From the human T2T-CHM13v2.0 reference genome, Homo sapiens: a stretch of DNA of 64,000 nucleotides. Position 1 is the stretch's first letter. The number at the start of each line of letters is the position of its first letter. Positions 20,099 to 35,258 of the stretch are shown here, one piece after another. The stretch is from the NCBI RefSeq assembly GCF_009914755.1, contig NC_060926.1, one strand, 5' to 3'. Made by a program: the position numbers and the translations under genes. A model generated the notes under the pieces. The model had not been told where the DNA came from. It made no database searches and worked only from the letters and a program-made list of their open reading frames with translations.

Positions 20099-20997
20099 TA
20101 ATGAGACTCTACCATCAGTAGAAGGATGGTTGGATTATCAAGTGCAACACCTTATAGCCTATCTTGACTTTTCTCCCAAACTTCCTGGAAGAAAAGATGG
20201 GATTTTCTGACTCTTTTTAACTTCCTAGGACTAGAGAGCCAGGAAGACAGAAAAAAGGGGCAAAAGGGGCCTTACTTTTAACTTGGTACAAAGTTTATAA
20301 TGGGAACATAATAGTTCCAGAAAGCAGAATAGAAGAATCTTATTAAAGAAACCAAGACAGGGAGCTTCATTAACATTCTGCTCTTGAACTCATGCTTTTA
20401 TTATATACTTATGTGTAGGGCTATTCTGAGGACCTACTATTCATTTTTTCAAATAATTCATATTTTAATGTATTTACGTAGGTAATTTACATGACATTAT
20501 TTTTAGAAATCATGACCTATTTCAACCTGTCATTGTTATCTATGGCTTAATTTCTGTGAAAAGCAATGAAGTCTGTCTGCAATATAGCTATGATGATCTC
20601 TAATTTTGTAGTTCTCTAATTTGTTCACACATTTAGAATGACCTTTTATGCCTTTCCAACTATGGCATCTTCTATTATTATATGATTTGGGTTGAAATGT
20701 TCACCAATACATAGTGCTTGAAATGCATATTAAAAAAGTATGAACAAGGGAGAATAGAAGTTGATACAGAAGCAGTAATACACAGTGTTCTCAAACAATC
20801 CACCTAAGTTGCCATTTCTAGTTTCATGTCTCATAATCCAAAATCCTGGGGAGCTGCCACTGAATCATTTCTTCTCCTAATCATAAATACCTAGACCCAA
20901 TACACCAGGGAATACCAGGATCTTGAAAAAAATGAAAGAATGGAATAAAAAATCAGCCTCAGGAAAGCAGCCTAAATATATTTGAAGATGACAGATT

Positions 20998-21035
20998 GGT
21001 AGGTAGGTAGGTAGGTAGATAGGTAGATAGATACC

Positions 21036-21077
<42 letters not shown>
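20998..21077. repeat. Compound (TAGG)n(TAGA)n tetranucleotide STR
   Basis: Directly visible. Confidence 0.97.
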
Positions 21078-21779
21078 TTCCAAGACTATAAAACTATGAA
21101 CCAATTTTTAAAATCATATAATCTTCTAGTATTATGCTGAGCTGAGATCACCTGCTTATACAAAATTCAAGACACATTCAAAGAGATCTTTCAGTGATAA
21201 TTTTTTAATCAGAAGGAAAAAGTTTTAGATGCTACTTGAGAAAAGGACAAAGTATAGGTGGAGTTTCTCTTTTTTGCCAGTTGTTATTACTTAATTACAC
21301 TATCTTTCTGGCCATAAAATGAACAAAAGGATTCATTCACTTGTCTCGTTAGGTATTAAGCATCAGTTGTCGATTCATTCATTTCACACATTTCACTAGT
21401 GACACTGAATACTGCAGAGCCTAAGATGAAAGGGGAAGCAATTCACAGGCCGATGAGAAGATGCACGATTGCCATTCAGGTACTGAGGGCTGCAACAGAG
21501 GAAGGGTGGTGAGAGCACTAATGAATTCTTGCTATTTTCTGATCATTGTCTCATCCTAATAACAGCTCCCTGGAAAAGGTACTATTAATCCCTAAAGAAA
21601 CTAAAATTCAGAAAGATTAAATGACTTTCCCAAAATCACAAAACCAATATGCAATAGAGCCATAAATCCAATTCAGGCCTGTCTCATATCACAATTATTT
21701 TCTATCTGCTACACCAAGTGGCATCCTTGAGTTTTGCAAGATGCCCTCAGTGCCAAGGCATGAGTCCTTACCAGGGAAA

Positions 21780-22064
<285 letters not shown>

Positions 22065-25000
22065 CAGAGAAATTTTCATGGAGAGGGGACAGATGGAGTC
22101 ATTTCTTGTGGGGTGAACATGAGTACCATGGGTAGACTGAGGTTGGGAAAGATTTTCCAGACAATTGGAAGAGCATGTGAAAGACACAGATTTTGAGAAA
22201 TGTCAAGTCTAGGGAACTGCAAGCCTTTTGGCACAAGAAAGCCACTGTGGACTGTAGAGGCAGGATGCCTAGACTCAAATCCCAATGGCTACACTTCTAA
22301 GCTTTGCAATTTTGGCAAGTTTTTACCCTCTTTTTTTATCTATAAAATATAGATTTTATATATATAGATAGATAATAATAGTACCTGCCTAATAAAGTTG
22401 TCAAAGATTAAATGTTATATGTGAAGTATTTTGTACAGTGATAGGAACCCAGGAAGGGCTCTATGAATATTATATATTATTATTATTCTAAAGTAGCCAG
22501 AATACAATTGTCAAAGGAGATAGTGGCCGGAGATAAGTTTGAATTGAAAGACTGAGGCCAGAACATAAAGTGCCTCCTATATTATATTTTATATAATTGG
22601 AACATCATTGAAAGATTTAAGTATTATTTATGTGTGTATGTGTGTTTTATATAATTAATTCTAGTTCATCATTTTAAAATATCTTTCTGGTGTCACTGTG
22701 AACAACAGATGAGAAGAAGTGAATCCTGAGTTAAGGAGACCAGCTCTCTGATTACTGCAATAATCCAGGGAGGGTACCATAAGGATTTCAACTGGAAATG
22801 AGTCCATCATGATGGAGAGGAAGGACAGGGCTGAAAAATACTTAGGAAGTAGTATCAGTAGGACTTGGTTAAGAGAGAGCAGAGGCAGGCTACAGGGGTT
22901 GGAGGTGTCAATCACAGAGATAGGGAAAATGGGAGGAGAAGCAGGCTTTGAAAAAGTGGCTTGTCTTGTAAAATTATGTCCTATTAAAACAGTAAAAGAA
23001 ATTAATATATTCAATCCCAAAATACAGGTACAATTCTTTTTGAAAGAGTTACCCAGATAATCTTGCTTGAAGTTTTCAGTTAAAGAAATTTCTTGTTAAC
23101 AAGTAATGTAGTCATAGAAGAAAACACTTAAAACTTTATTGAATAAAGCTAATAAATCATTTAATATAATTTATAGGAAACTGTTACATAACACACACAT
23201 TCAATACTTTTTGCTAAAGTATAAATTAATGGAAGGAGAGCACACACACGGAGGTTGAATTATGTTTATGACTTTATTAGTCAAGAATACAAAATTGAGT
23301 AGCTACATCAAGCAGAAGCACACAAAGCAGAAGCTTTACAATCCAGCACAGAATCCCTTGACTTCCAAATTCCCGAAACAGACATATAAATACAGATGAC
23401 ATTGTCAGAACAAAATAGGGTCTCACCAGACCTATAATGTTCTTTTCTTGATATGCACATGAATTGCATACGGTCATATGGTGCCAATTACCATTATTTC
23501 CTCTGGGCTTAGCTATCCATTTAAGGAGAATTTACACCAACACTGTACCTCTACTTGCAAGAATATATGAAAGCATAGTTAACTTCTGGCTTAGGACCCC
23601 AACTCAGGATCAACAAAGCAGTCCTCTTGGGGGAAGCCCATTTCGCTACAATTTAAAGTCATTATAAGCATTAAATAAAAGCTAAGTACTTGTAATCAAG
23701 TGTGTTATAATGCAGTTTGGGAATTGGATTTCAGGTGTTTATTTTTAACAGAAATCCATTAATTCTGACACCTAAGGCAAATGCTAGTCAACATGAATGG
23801 AGAAACTTTTGATTAGTGGTATATGTTTTCAGATTTCTGGAACATTCATAGACGCTTCAATGTCTTATGTACTGAAATTTTTTAAACCATTGTTTTCTCT
23901 AGAAACTAATGAAACTCATCATAAACTCATTTTTCAATATTAAAACATAGTCATAAGTAGAATATTAATCTTATATTAATTAATATGTTAACATATGTGA
24001 AATTTAATACTTCCTGAAAGGAAATGTCTAAAAGAAACTGTTTTAATTCTTCAACCACAAGGACTACACGGGGCAGTTTCAGCACCAGGGATAGTTTTCT
24101 TCCTGGATAACAGCGAATGCTCTAATACTGATGAGTAAATCCTGTGTGTCTAACTTCAAATTAATTGTTAGGTTTATATGAATGAGTATAACATGATAGT
24201 TAGGAGCATAGGCACAAAGGAAACATTCAGATTTGGTGTTGTTGTCCTTGCTATTATTCTTGTTGTATGTGAGGCTGTTATGATAAAAGATACTGATTTA
24301 GGTCAAATACACATATTACTTGTGGAAAATTAATAACTCTAATTAAATATTTCTTGTTTCATACACATTAATTTTAAATACAGCCCAACAATGGACCACT
24401 ATTTCTCAATACAAGAAAGTAATACATAAAAATCATGAAGTTCTTCAATCAAACTTAAATAATGCTTATTGCAAACATAAAACATAAAAAACAACACATT
24501 TTTAAAGAAATATTATCTTTCCAAACATAGCCATATAATTCCTCTGTATTAGAATTTTTCACAGGAATTCTAACTAGTATATTTTTGTACATGCTTTAAA
24601 GAATAAAAAAATTTGAACTGTTGACCAAATGTGATATATTATATACTATTGTTTGTATTTTAAAGTGAGGGTAAAAAAAGACACCAAAGCCTCTGGGAAG
24701 TTAAACTATAAATTAACTTACAGAATTAATTAATTAGGAAGTTAAACTATAATTAACTTACAGAAGTTACCAAGAGGTGTTAATGCCTACCCTAGGAATG
24801 ACTATAAATCTATTAGTTAGAATTTTCATATATCTCAATTTTTAATATGTAATTGTTTTGAAAAATTTGGCCAATTTGAAAAAACCATTAATATGTAAAT
24901 AAATATATCTATATTAATACATATTCTTTATTAATTCTTTATTAGATACTAATCTGGGTTCTGCACAATTTTGTATCTGGGCATTTATTTGTTTTATATG

Positions 25001-26215
25001 CCAGTAACAAATATAAAACTTTTTGAAGCCACCAATATATTTTTAATGGATGGAGCCATCTCTATGCTGATATATCACGGTTACTACACCAATTTATAGT
25101 TAAGAGATATCTGAATGTGATGTTGGACCTAGGAAACTAGTACTTGTAAACCCAATCACCAGGAATGCATGGTTGAATGGCCAAAATTCAGGAAACGTAC
25201 AGGTGGATAAACCAATGATCCATTAACCTAACAGTATAATGGTTCCCAGGAACCAAGGGGAACAAAATTGGTTGGAGAAGAAATATACGATACTTGCAGA
25301 AAAAAAAAAAAACAACTTGCTGCTAAGGCCAGGTTCCTTACTGGCATGCCAACCCTCCATCCTGGGGGTAGCCAGTCCTGAGTGAGCCTGGCCTGAGGTT
25401 CGCTGGTAATCACTACACATGTCTAGCTAGTGGCATTCCTTGGTCAGATTTGAATGTAGAGATAGAAAGCAAACAAACAGTTACCTAAAGACAGTAATTC
25501 TCTGCCATCCACAGGAGGGTTTTGCCTAGCATTCACATGCATGTTGCTACAGTACAATTGATTCATTAATTAACTTTAGCCAGTTACTTAGTAAACTCAG
25601 GTCAACAAGAGAGGAGGCAATGCTTTCTTTCCTAGCTGAAACCGTACATACTGAGGATCTAATAATGAGTGCGTACATCAACGACTGAGTTTTTTTACTT
25701 TCAAAATATTTTGTGGTATCATGAAAACATGGTGTAAATCCCAAGGGAAATTTGTCTAGAGATTTGACAAAGCTTTATCTTGCTGTCCAATTAGAAAATG
25801 GATGACTGGAAAGGTTCTTCTAAAAACTGTCTAAGATATTTATTGCCAGAATTTTCTTGAGGAGAAACTGTTGGTTCAGTTCCACCTACATTCCCTTACC
25901 TCGATCATGTAATCCTGAGCACCTGCTCCTCAAGAGTCAATGCTTTCCTTCAAAGGATCCTTATACCTACACTGGAGCTGACACACAAAAGTGCCTTGCT
26001 GCATTTTTGAAGATCTCAAATTTGGCCTCTCGTTTACATTATCCTTCATTTTGTTCATCACATTTCCAGTTTCCTGACTGTTTACCAAACTTTATATTGC
26101 CTTCCTATTCCATTCTTGAGGATCCATGGTCACTGCAACTGTCTTTTCAGGTTTGCCCCAACTGTGGCTTGTGTGACCAGTTTTGATTCCTTGCCATTTG
26201 ATTCCTGACCACTAG

Positions 26216-26677
<462 letters not shown>

Positions 26678-27475
26678 TAATGCTATTGCTTTCTCTGTAA
26701 TACTTTGTACTTTTCAAAGGATCATAATTTATCTCATTTGTGCTTACAACCCCTTGCTATAATGAGAGCTGTTCATTCCTATGCTCTCATTCCTATTTCA
26801 TTGGTAAGAAAATCAAGACTCCAAGAGGCCAAATAATTTACTTAACACAAGCAATGATGATTCAATACTTTGAATGCTAGTTTTGAGGACCTTATTATTC
26901 CCCCAAAATCATGTTTTAGGGAATTTAACAGTCCCATAGAGGAATGATTTTATTCTGACTTTAAAACCTTTTGTTTTTCTTCCTTTAATATGTGACATTG
27001 CCTTGTAATGTAAGTAATCTGTGTCAAACTATTGAATGTATTGAATTTTTAGAATTTTTACCTTTAAGTTATTTCCTCCTTTCTTTCCTTGAGACATTTA
27101 TCAATTATTTACCATGTATCAATCAATGAGCATAGCTTATTGCTGCAGAGTTTATTTATAAGCTATAGTCCCTGCCTTCAAGTAGTGCTAAAGTAGTCAG
27201 GAAAAAATTGTATAACAAATTACTACAAGACTATATTTTTTTCATAAAAATAAATACCATAAAAAAGTATCATTTTCTGAAATCATATTATTTATATACA
27301 TTTTGCTAGTTTATTGTCTGTGACCTGTATTAGAACATAAGCTATATGAGGACAGGGACTTTGTTTCATTTACCGCTATATTTCCTGTACCTTGAAACTA
27401 CACATGGCTTGCAAGATACATTCAATAGATACGTGTAGTAAGGAATAAAATGTTAGTTCTCCTTTAGGCTTTTAA

Positions 27476-27622
27476 GGGCGCCTGTAGTCCCAGCTACTCC
27501 GGAGGCTGAGGCAGGAGAATGGCGTGAACCCCGGGGGGCGGAGCCTGCAGCGAGCCGAGATCGCGCCACTGCACTCGGGCCTGGGCGACAGAGCGAGACT
27601 CTGTCTAAAAAAAAAAAAAAAA
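27476..27622 (+). mobile_element. Young AluY right arm (Ye-like diagnostics), 5'-truncated
   Basis: ggcgtgaaccccggggggcggagcctgcag; CpGs retained; A16 tail. Confidence 0.88.
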
Positions 27623-29246
27623 ATTCTCTTATGTTTCTAGTGAATGAAGACTGTTTATTAGATACCACATGAGTGGCACTCATTGCATAATCAGTTAGTA
27701 GATTTACTTTTACATCTATTTTTTGAGTGGTCCCAGCAATAATTAGTGAAACATAGTGTAAGAACCAACCATTACCCCTGTTTTATAAATGACGAAACAT
27801 ACTCCAAGATTATGTGAATGGAAAAGGAAACATGGGAAAATCATATTTCTGAACATGATTTGTACAATTACAGGTTTTGCTTTAGGAAGACTCACTATTA
27901 AATGTGTGTGAGTGTTTGTGTGTGTATGTTTTTATTATAATAGTATATATGCTTATTGCAAATCATTTAAAAATAAATGTGAAGAAGAAATGGAAAGTCG
28001 CCCGTAATCTCATTGCTCCGTGGTCACTATTGTAAACATTTGACATTTGTTAAATCTATTATTTATGTCCTGTATTCAAAGTAGTGTGGAGGTAGGCAAG
28101 ATCACTGGACTAGTCAGGAAATTTGAATTGTCTACCTGTCTGTTACCTTAGCTTTTGACCTTGGTGTAGGGATTCCATGATTACCAACATTTAATTTTTA
28201 AAATTATTTCTTACCTTACCTTCTTCTCCAGTTTCTACTGTTATTTCTATTAAATAAATATGACTTTGTTTTGCAGTGAGATAGCTAGATTAACAGCATT
28301 GCCTTTATAGTCAGTGAAGAATAAAAGATGATGTTTCACTTAGCTCATGTAGTTCTAGTTCTCAAGAATATGATATGTGATACTTTTTGAAATATTAAAA
28401 GTCATTTAAACAGTATCCATTTGACTATATAAAAGCCTAGCTAGGCTCTCCATGAAGGGAGCAATTCAAATAGATGGTTTGTAACATCTTTTTCAGTTTT
28501 AAAATATGGATACGCTGATTCCTTTGCACATTGATATATGAACTCATTCTTCCTTCTTATTATTCCCCAGGTGGTAATAATTTTGCTTCTAGACCAGCAA
28601 GCTAATATATCAAAAACTCTTACATATAAATGTAGTTGTTTAAAAATATTTATGCTGTGTAATGTCTGTAATTTATGAGTTACAGACATGATATCCATTA
28701 TATTTTTGCCTAATAATTCATTTTTAGGAAAAACTAAGAATAAAGTTATTCTTTGTATTTTTACCAATCTTTTCCCAACCAAGTGTTACTGAAACTGTCA
28801 TTCCGAAATCTTTTTACCTTTTAAGGTTCTCACTTTTGAGGCTGAGAACTATGAAACTAGTATTCAAATTTGCATTCATTGTTGTAATTTCTGGCAGCAT
28901 GTCCAATTTACTTCTACTGTTAGGTGCTTGTTTGTTGTACTTATGAAGAACTAAGAAGGATTTTCTAGTAGCCCAGAGTTATGTTATTTTTTGCTTAGTG
29001 ACAATTTTTACAAGAGACCTTATTATAATGAAACCAATGAAATGCATCACAGTACCTTTTTCAGAGTGCCAGTGGCTTATGAGATATTTTTTGATGTAAA
29101 CTTGTTAAAGCCATGTAACTAACCAAGCTTATATCCTTACTGTAGAACTAGAGACATATTATAAATATTTATAACAAACAAAATTGGGGTAAGAATCCCT
29201 CATTTGCTCTATTTTTTGGTCAGTCAATAAATATATTTTTAAAAAT

Positions 29247-32200
29247 TTGTGTCTGTGGCTGGTTTTGGTAACAGTGTAATACTGGCCTCATAGAATGAGT
29301 TTGGAAGTATTCCTTCCTCCTCTATTTGGAAGTATGCCCTTCTCTATTTTTCAGAATAGTTTGAGTGGAATTAATATTAGTTCTTTAAATGTTTGGTTAG
29401 AATTCAGCAGTGAAGCTATCATTTCCCAGACTTTTCTTTACTGGGAGACTTTTATTACAACTTCAGTCTTGTAACTTGTTATTAGTCTGTTCAGGTTTTG
29501 GATTTCTTCCTGGTTCAATCTTGGTAGTTGTATATGTGTAGCAATTCATAAATTTCTTCTAGATTTTCCAATTAATTTGCGTGTAGTTGCCCACAGTAGC
29601 CGCTAATGATCCTTTGAATTTTTGCAGTATCGGTTGTAATGTCTCCTTTTTTATTTCTGATTTTCTTTATTTGGATCTTCTCTCTTAGTCTGGCTAAAGA
29701 TTTGTCAATTTTGGTTAGCTTTCCAGAAAATAAACTTTTCATTTCTTTGATCTTTTGTATTTTTATTTCAATTTTATTTATTTCTGCTCTGATCTTTATT
29801 ATTTCTTTTCTTCTGTTAATTTTGGATTTGGTGTGCTCTTGATCATTCAGTTCTTTAAGATGCAGCATTTGATTGTTTATTTGATATTTTTCCTCTTTTT
29901 TGATATTGGCACTTATAAACATCACTCTTAGTACAACTTTTGTTGTATCCCATAGATTTTGGTATGTTGTGTTTCTATTATTATTTGTTTCAAGAAATTT
30001 TTCAATTTCTTTCTTAATTTCTTCATTGACCCACTTGTCATTCAGGAGCATATTGTTTGATTTCCATGTATTTGTATAGTTTCCGAAATTTCTCTTGGTA
30101 TTTCTAGTTTTATTCCATTGTTGTCAGAGAAGATGCTTTATATTATTTCATTTTTTTGGAATGTTTCAAGATTTGTTTTGTGACCTAACATATGGTCTGT
30201 CTTTTCAACTGATCCATGTGCTGAGGAAAATAATGTGTATTCTGCAGCTTCTGGATGAAATGTTCTGTAAATATCTATTAGCTCAATTTGGTCTGCAGTG
30301 AAGATTAATTCTCATGTTTCTTTGTTTTCTTTCTGGAAGATGTGTCCAATGCTGAAAGTGAGGTTTTGAAGTCTGCAGATATTATGGAGCCTATAGCTGT
30401 CTTTAGCTGTAATAGTATTTCCTTTATATATCTGGGTGCTCCAGTGTTGGGTGCATATATATTGAAATTATTATATCCTCTTGCTTAATTGACCCCCTTA
30501 TCTTTATATGGTGACCTTCTTTGTCTCTTTTTATAGTTAGCTTTTGTCTTGAAATTTCTTTTGCCTGATATAAGTATAGTGACTTCTGCTCTTTTTTTGG
30601 TTTTCTTTGGCATGGGATATCTTTTTCCATCTGTTTATTTTCAGTCTTTATGTGTCTCTATAGGTGAAGTGTGTTTCTTTTAGGCAACAGATCAATAGGT
30701 CTTGTTTTTTCATCCATTTAGTTAGTCTGTGTCTTTTGATTGGAGAGTTTAGTGTATTTACATTCACTGTTATTATTAAGTAAGGATCTACTCTTGCCAT
30801 TTTGTTTTTGGTTTTCTGGTTGTTTTGTGGTCTTCTTTCTTGCATTCTTGTCTTCCTCTAGTGAAGATGATTTTCTCTGGTGATTTAGTTACTTGATTTT
30901 TATTTTTTTTTGTGTCCATTGTATGTTTTTTGGTTTGAGGTTACCATGAGCCTTGCAAATGCTGTCTTATCACTCATCATTTTAACCTGATAACGGGATA
31001 CTATTTGCATAAGCAAACAAGCAAAAAGAAAACTAGTAAAAACTTGCCTTAACCTCATTTCCTTGCTTTTTAACTTTTCGTTTTTTCTGTTTATATCTTA
31101 TTATACTGCCTATGTCTTGAAAAGTTGTTGTAGTTATTATTGTTGTTTAATTCATCATTTAGTCTTTCTACCTAGGATAAGAGTAGTTTGCAAACCACAG
31201 TAACAGTGTTTATAACATTCTGTATTTTTCTGTGTACTTATATTACCAGTAAGTTTTGCATTTTCAGGTGATCATTTATTGCTCATTAATGCCCTTTTCT
31301 TTCTGATTGAAGTACCCTCTTTAGCATTTCTTGTAGGACAGGTCTGGCGTTGATGAAATCCCTTAGCTTTTATTTGTTTGGGTAAGTCTTTATTTCCTCT
31401 TCATGGTCAAATGATATTTTCACTGGATATACTATTCTAGGGTAAAAGTTTTTTTCCCTCAGCAATATAAATATGTCATGCCACTGTCTCCTGGCATATA
31501 AGGTTTTCACTGAAAAGTCTGCTGCCAGATGTATTGGGACTCCTTTGTATGTTATTGTTTATTTCTCTTGCAGCTTTTAGGATTCTTATTTTATTCTTGA
31601 CCTTTGGGTGTTTGATTATTAAATGTCTTGAGGTAGTCTTCTTTGGGTTAAATCTGCTTGGTATTCTATAACCTTCTTGTACTTGGATATTTTCTCTAGG
31701 TTTGGGTAGTTCTCTGTTATTGGAATGTTTACTCAAAATAAACTTTCTAACCCTGTTCTCTACCTCTTTTTCAAGGCCAATACCTCTTAGATTTGCCCTT
31801 TTGAGGCTATTCCCTAGATCGTGTATGCATGTGTCATTGGTTTTTATTCTTTTTTCTCCTCTGTGTGTTTTCAAATAGCCTTTCTTCAGAAGCTCATTAA
31901 TTCTTTCCTCTGCTTGATCCAGTTTGCTCTTGAAGGACTTGATGCATTCTTAAGTATGCCAATTGCATTTTTGAGCTCCAGAATTTCTGCTCGAGTTTTA
32001 AAAATTATTTCAATATCTTTGTTAAATTTATCTGATAGAATTCTGAATCCCTTCTCTGTGTTATCTTGAATTTCTTTGAGTTTCCTCAACACAGCTATTT
32101 TGAATTCTCCATGTGAAAGGTCACATATCTTTGTTTCTTGAGGATTGATTCTTGGTGCCTTATTTAGTTCATTTGGTGAGGTCATGTTTTTCTGGATGGT

Positions 32201-33150
32201 GTTAATGCTAGTACATGTTCCTTGGGGCCTGAGCATTGAAGAGTTAGGTATTTATTGTACTCCTCATTGCCTGAGCTTATTTGTAGCCATCCTTCTTGGG
32301 AAGGCTTTCCAGTGACACTGTGGTTCTTGCAGGCTTGTAGAGGTACTGCCTTGATGGCCTTGGATAAGATCTGGGATAATTCTCTAGATTACCAGGCAGA
32401 GTCTCTTTTTCTCTTCCCTTACTTTCTCCCAAGCCCACAGAGTCTCTCTCTCTCTCTGTTCTGAGATACCTAAAGCTGGGGCTGATATGATGTATGATAC
32501 AAGCACCCCTATGACCACCACCACCATGACTGTGCTGGGTCACACCTGAAGCAAGCACAGTGCTGGGCCTTGCCTTAATCACTCCTTGGCTATAGCCTAT
32601 GTTCACTCAAGGCCCTGGGGCTCTACAATTAGCAGGTAGCAAAGTCAGCTGGGCCTGTGTCCTTCTCTTCAGGGTGGCAAAGTCCCCCTGGCCACCAGTG
32701 GGTCCAGAGATGCCATACGGGAGTCAGGGACTAGAGTCAAAAACCTTAGAAATCTACCTGGCATTGTGTTGTATTGCGGCTGAGCTGGCACTCAAACCAC
32801 AAGACACAATCCTTCCCACTCTTTCCACTTTTTCCCCTTTCCAAAAGCTGAGGAGCCTCACCCCGTAGCCACTGCCACTCCTGGCCATGAGTACTGCCAA
32901 AGTACCATCGATGTTCCCTTAAGGAGAAAGGGCTCTTATATCAGCTTGTGGTGAATATTGCCTGGCCTGGGACTCACCCGTCAGGGCAGTGGGCTCCCCT
33001 TTGTCCCAGGGCAGGTCTAGAAATGCTGTCCAAGAGTCAAGTCCTAGAATTGGGGACCCCAAGAGCCCACTTGGTGCTCTACCCCACGGTGGTGGTGTTG
33101 GTACCTAAGATGCAAGACAAAGTCCCCTTTACTCTTCCTTCTGTTTTTAT
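29247..33150 (-). mobile_element. Old L1 (L1MA/L1PB-era) 5' half: 5' UTR, ORF1, ORF2 endonuclease; antisense
   Basis: Minus-strand ORFs give ORF1 (..CDLSHGEFKIAVLRKLKEIQDNTEK..) and ORF2 (TVNVNTLNSPIKRHRL.., [23 protein letters not shown]..) remnants. Confidence 0.9.
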
Positions 33151-33809
33151 CAAGTTATTCCTAAATCTTATCATTCTTTAAACCAAAAGGATATCCAGTT
33201 TGACAGTGTTCTTTTTTAAGAATGATGCTTATAACTGAATATAATAGTTCCTATGGGATTCAATCAACAGATAGTAACAGAGTATTATTATGTTATTTTG
33301 TTCTGTGTGTATTTGTCTATTACTGCACTTAAAATACGAAACGGGAGGGGCAGTATGACTTTGGACTCATTTGCCATAATGCTGAAGTCAAATGTGTTGC
33401 TGTTAAATCAGCTTTCTTTACCCAATTCACATTTGTGCTTAAAAAAAAAGCATTACAAGACCTTGCATATTTCTGTTCAACTTATTTTTAACATTCATTT
33501 CATTATTGCAACATTTATTGTAAGTTGTATCAGTTTCATATTTCTTCATCTTCTATATATGGAGATTATGCCCCAGTTACATCTCTTTATCTGTAAGACT
33601 AGTAATATCAAAAAAGAAAATGAATTTCGTGTCTTAAAATTTATCCTTAGTAAATTCTACATTTTCTGTTGATTATCACTTTTAAAGGCCAAACCCTCTT
33701 TTTAGGAATTTTTCCTGAATCGCACCCAGGAATCACATGCTGTAGTTTGCTCTGTTTTACTAGACTTGAAATCACCCTTTCCCATTTATGTGAAAATTAG
33801 ATTTCTGTT

Positions 33810-34832
33810 TGTAGGGAAAAGAAAGAGAGATCAGACTGTTACTGTGTCTATGTAGAAAGGGAAGACATAAGAAATTCCATTGTGACCTGTACCTTGAACA
33901 ATTGCTTCGCTGAGATGCTGTTAATTTGTAACTTTGCCCCAGCCACTTTGCCCCAGCCACTTTGCCCCAACATTCAGCTCACAAAAACATGTGTTGTATG
34001 GAATCAAGGTTTAAGGGATCTAGGACTGTGCAGGACGTGCCTTGTTAACAAAATGTTTACAAGCAGTATGCTTGGTAAAAGTCATCGCCATTCTCTAGTC
34101 TCGATAAACCAGGGGCACAGTGCACTGTGGAAAGCCACAGGGACCTCTGCCCTGGAAAGCCGGGTATTGTCCAAGGTTTCTCCCCATGTGATAGTCTGAA
34201 ATATGGCCTCATGGGATAAGAAAGACCTGACCATCCCCCAGCCTGACACCCGTGTAGGGTCTGTGCTGAGGTGGATTAGTAAAACAGGAAAGCTTCTTGC
34301 AGTTGAGATAGAGGAAGGCCACTGTCTCCTGCCTGCCCCTGGGAACTGAATGTCTCGGTATAAAACCCGATTGTACATTTGCTCAGTTCTGAGATAGGAG
34401 AAAAACCGCCCTATGGCGGGAGGCGAGACATGTTGGCAGCAATGCTGCCTTGTTATTCTTTACTCCACTGAGATGTTTGGGTGGAGAGAAACATAAATCT
34501 GGCCTACTTGCACATCCAGGCATAGTACCTCCCCTTGAACTTAATTATGACATAGATTCTTTTGCTCACATGTTTTTTTGTTGACCTTCTCCCTGTTATC
34601 ACCCTGCTCTCCTACTGCATTCCTCTTGCTGAGATAATGAAAATAATAATCAATAAAAACTGAGGGAACTCAGAGACCGGTGCTGGTGCAGGTCCTTGGT
34701 ATGCTGAGTGCTGGTCTCCTGGGCCTACTGTTGTTTCTCTATGCTTTGTCTCTGTGTCTTATTTCTTTTCTCAGTCTCTCATCCCACCTGATGAGATATC
34801 CCACAGGTGTGGAGGGGCAGGCCACCCCTTCA
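33810..34832 (+). mobile_element. HERV-K(HML-2) solo LTR, LTR5A-like
   Basis: Starts TGTAGGGAAAAGAAAGAGAGATCAGACTGTTACTG and ends GGGGCAGGCCACCCCTTCA; 1023 bp; flanks ctgtt / gtgtt (imperfect TSD). Confidence 0.93.
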
Positions 34833-35026
34833 GTGTTCGCTACTTTCAGTGCTTACAATGCCTGTCATTTATCTGTAGCTCTTATACTTTTTATAAAAAA
34901 TAATTTTATACCAAAAGCCTTGAAACTTTTTTAGAGTAGTAGCTTTGAATTGTTGTTATTATTTTATTCTACTGTTATCGGTAACCTCCCATGTTAACAC
35001 TATTGTTTCTTTCTGTTTACTTTCAG

Positions 35027-35258
35027 TTGGTTGGCAGAGAATTTGAACTGGAGATGAACTTTATTATCCAGGATGCTGAGAGTATAACATGCATGACAGA
35101 GCTTTTAGAGCACTGTGATGTAACATGTCAAGCAGAAATAGGGAGCATGTTTACAGCCATTCTATGAAAAAGTGTTCGGAATGTACAGACTAGCACAGAA
35201 GCTGGACTAATTGAACAAGTATTGCTGAAAATGAGTGCTGTAGATGACATGATAGCAG
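35027..35258 (+). pseudogene. NBEAP: NBEA-derived exon (exon 2 equivalent), 232 bp
   Basis: tttcag|...|gtatgg; LVGREFELEMNFIIQDAESITCMTELLEHCDVTCQAEIGSMFTAIL*KSVRNVQTSTEAGLIEQVLLKMSAVDDMIA; TGA at 35165-35167 (likely CGA>TGA). Confidence 0.93.

Noticed and set aside
23100-25750. Possible minus-strand exons and polyA signals
   Set aside because: TTTATT and splice-like motifs are expected by chance in such AT-rich DNA, and there is no recognisable peptide.
33253-33672. 139-aa hydrophobic ORF
   Set aside because: Low-complexity T-rich intronic sequence with no family resemblance.
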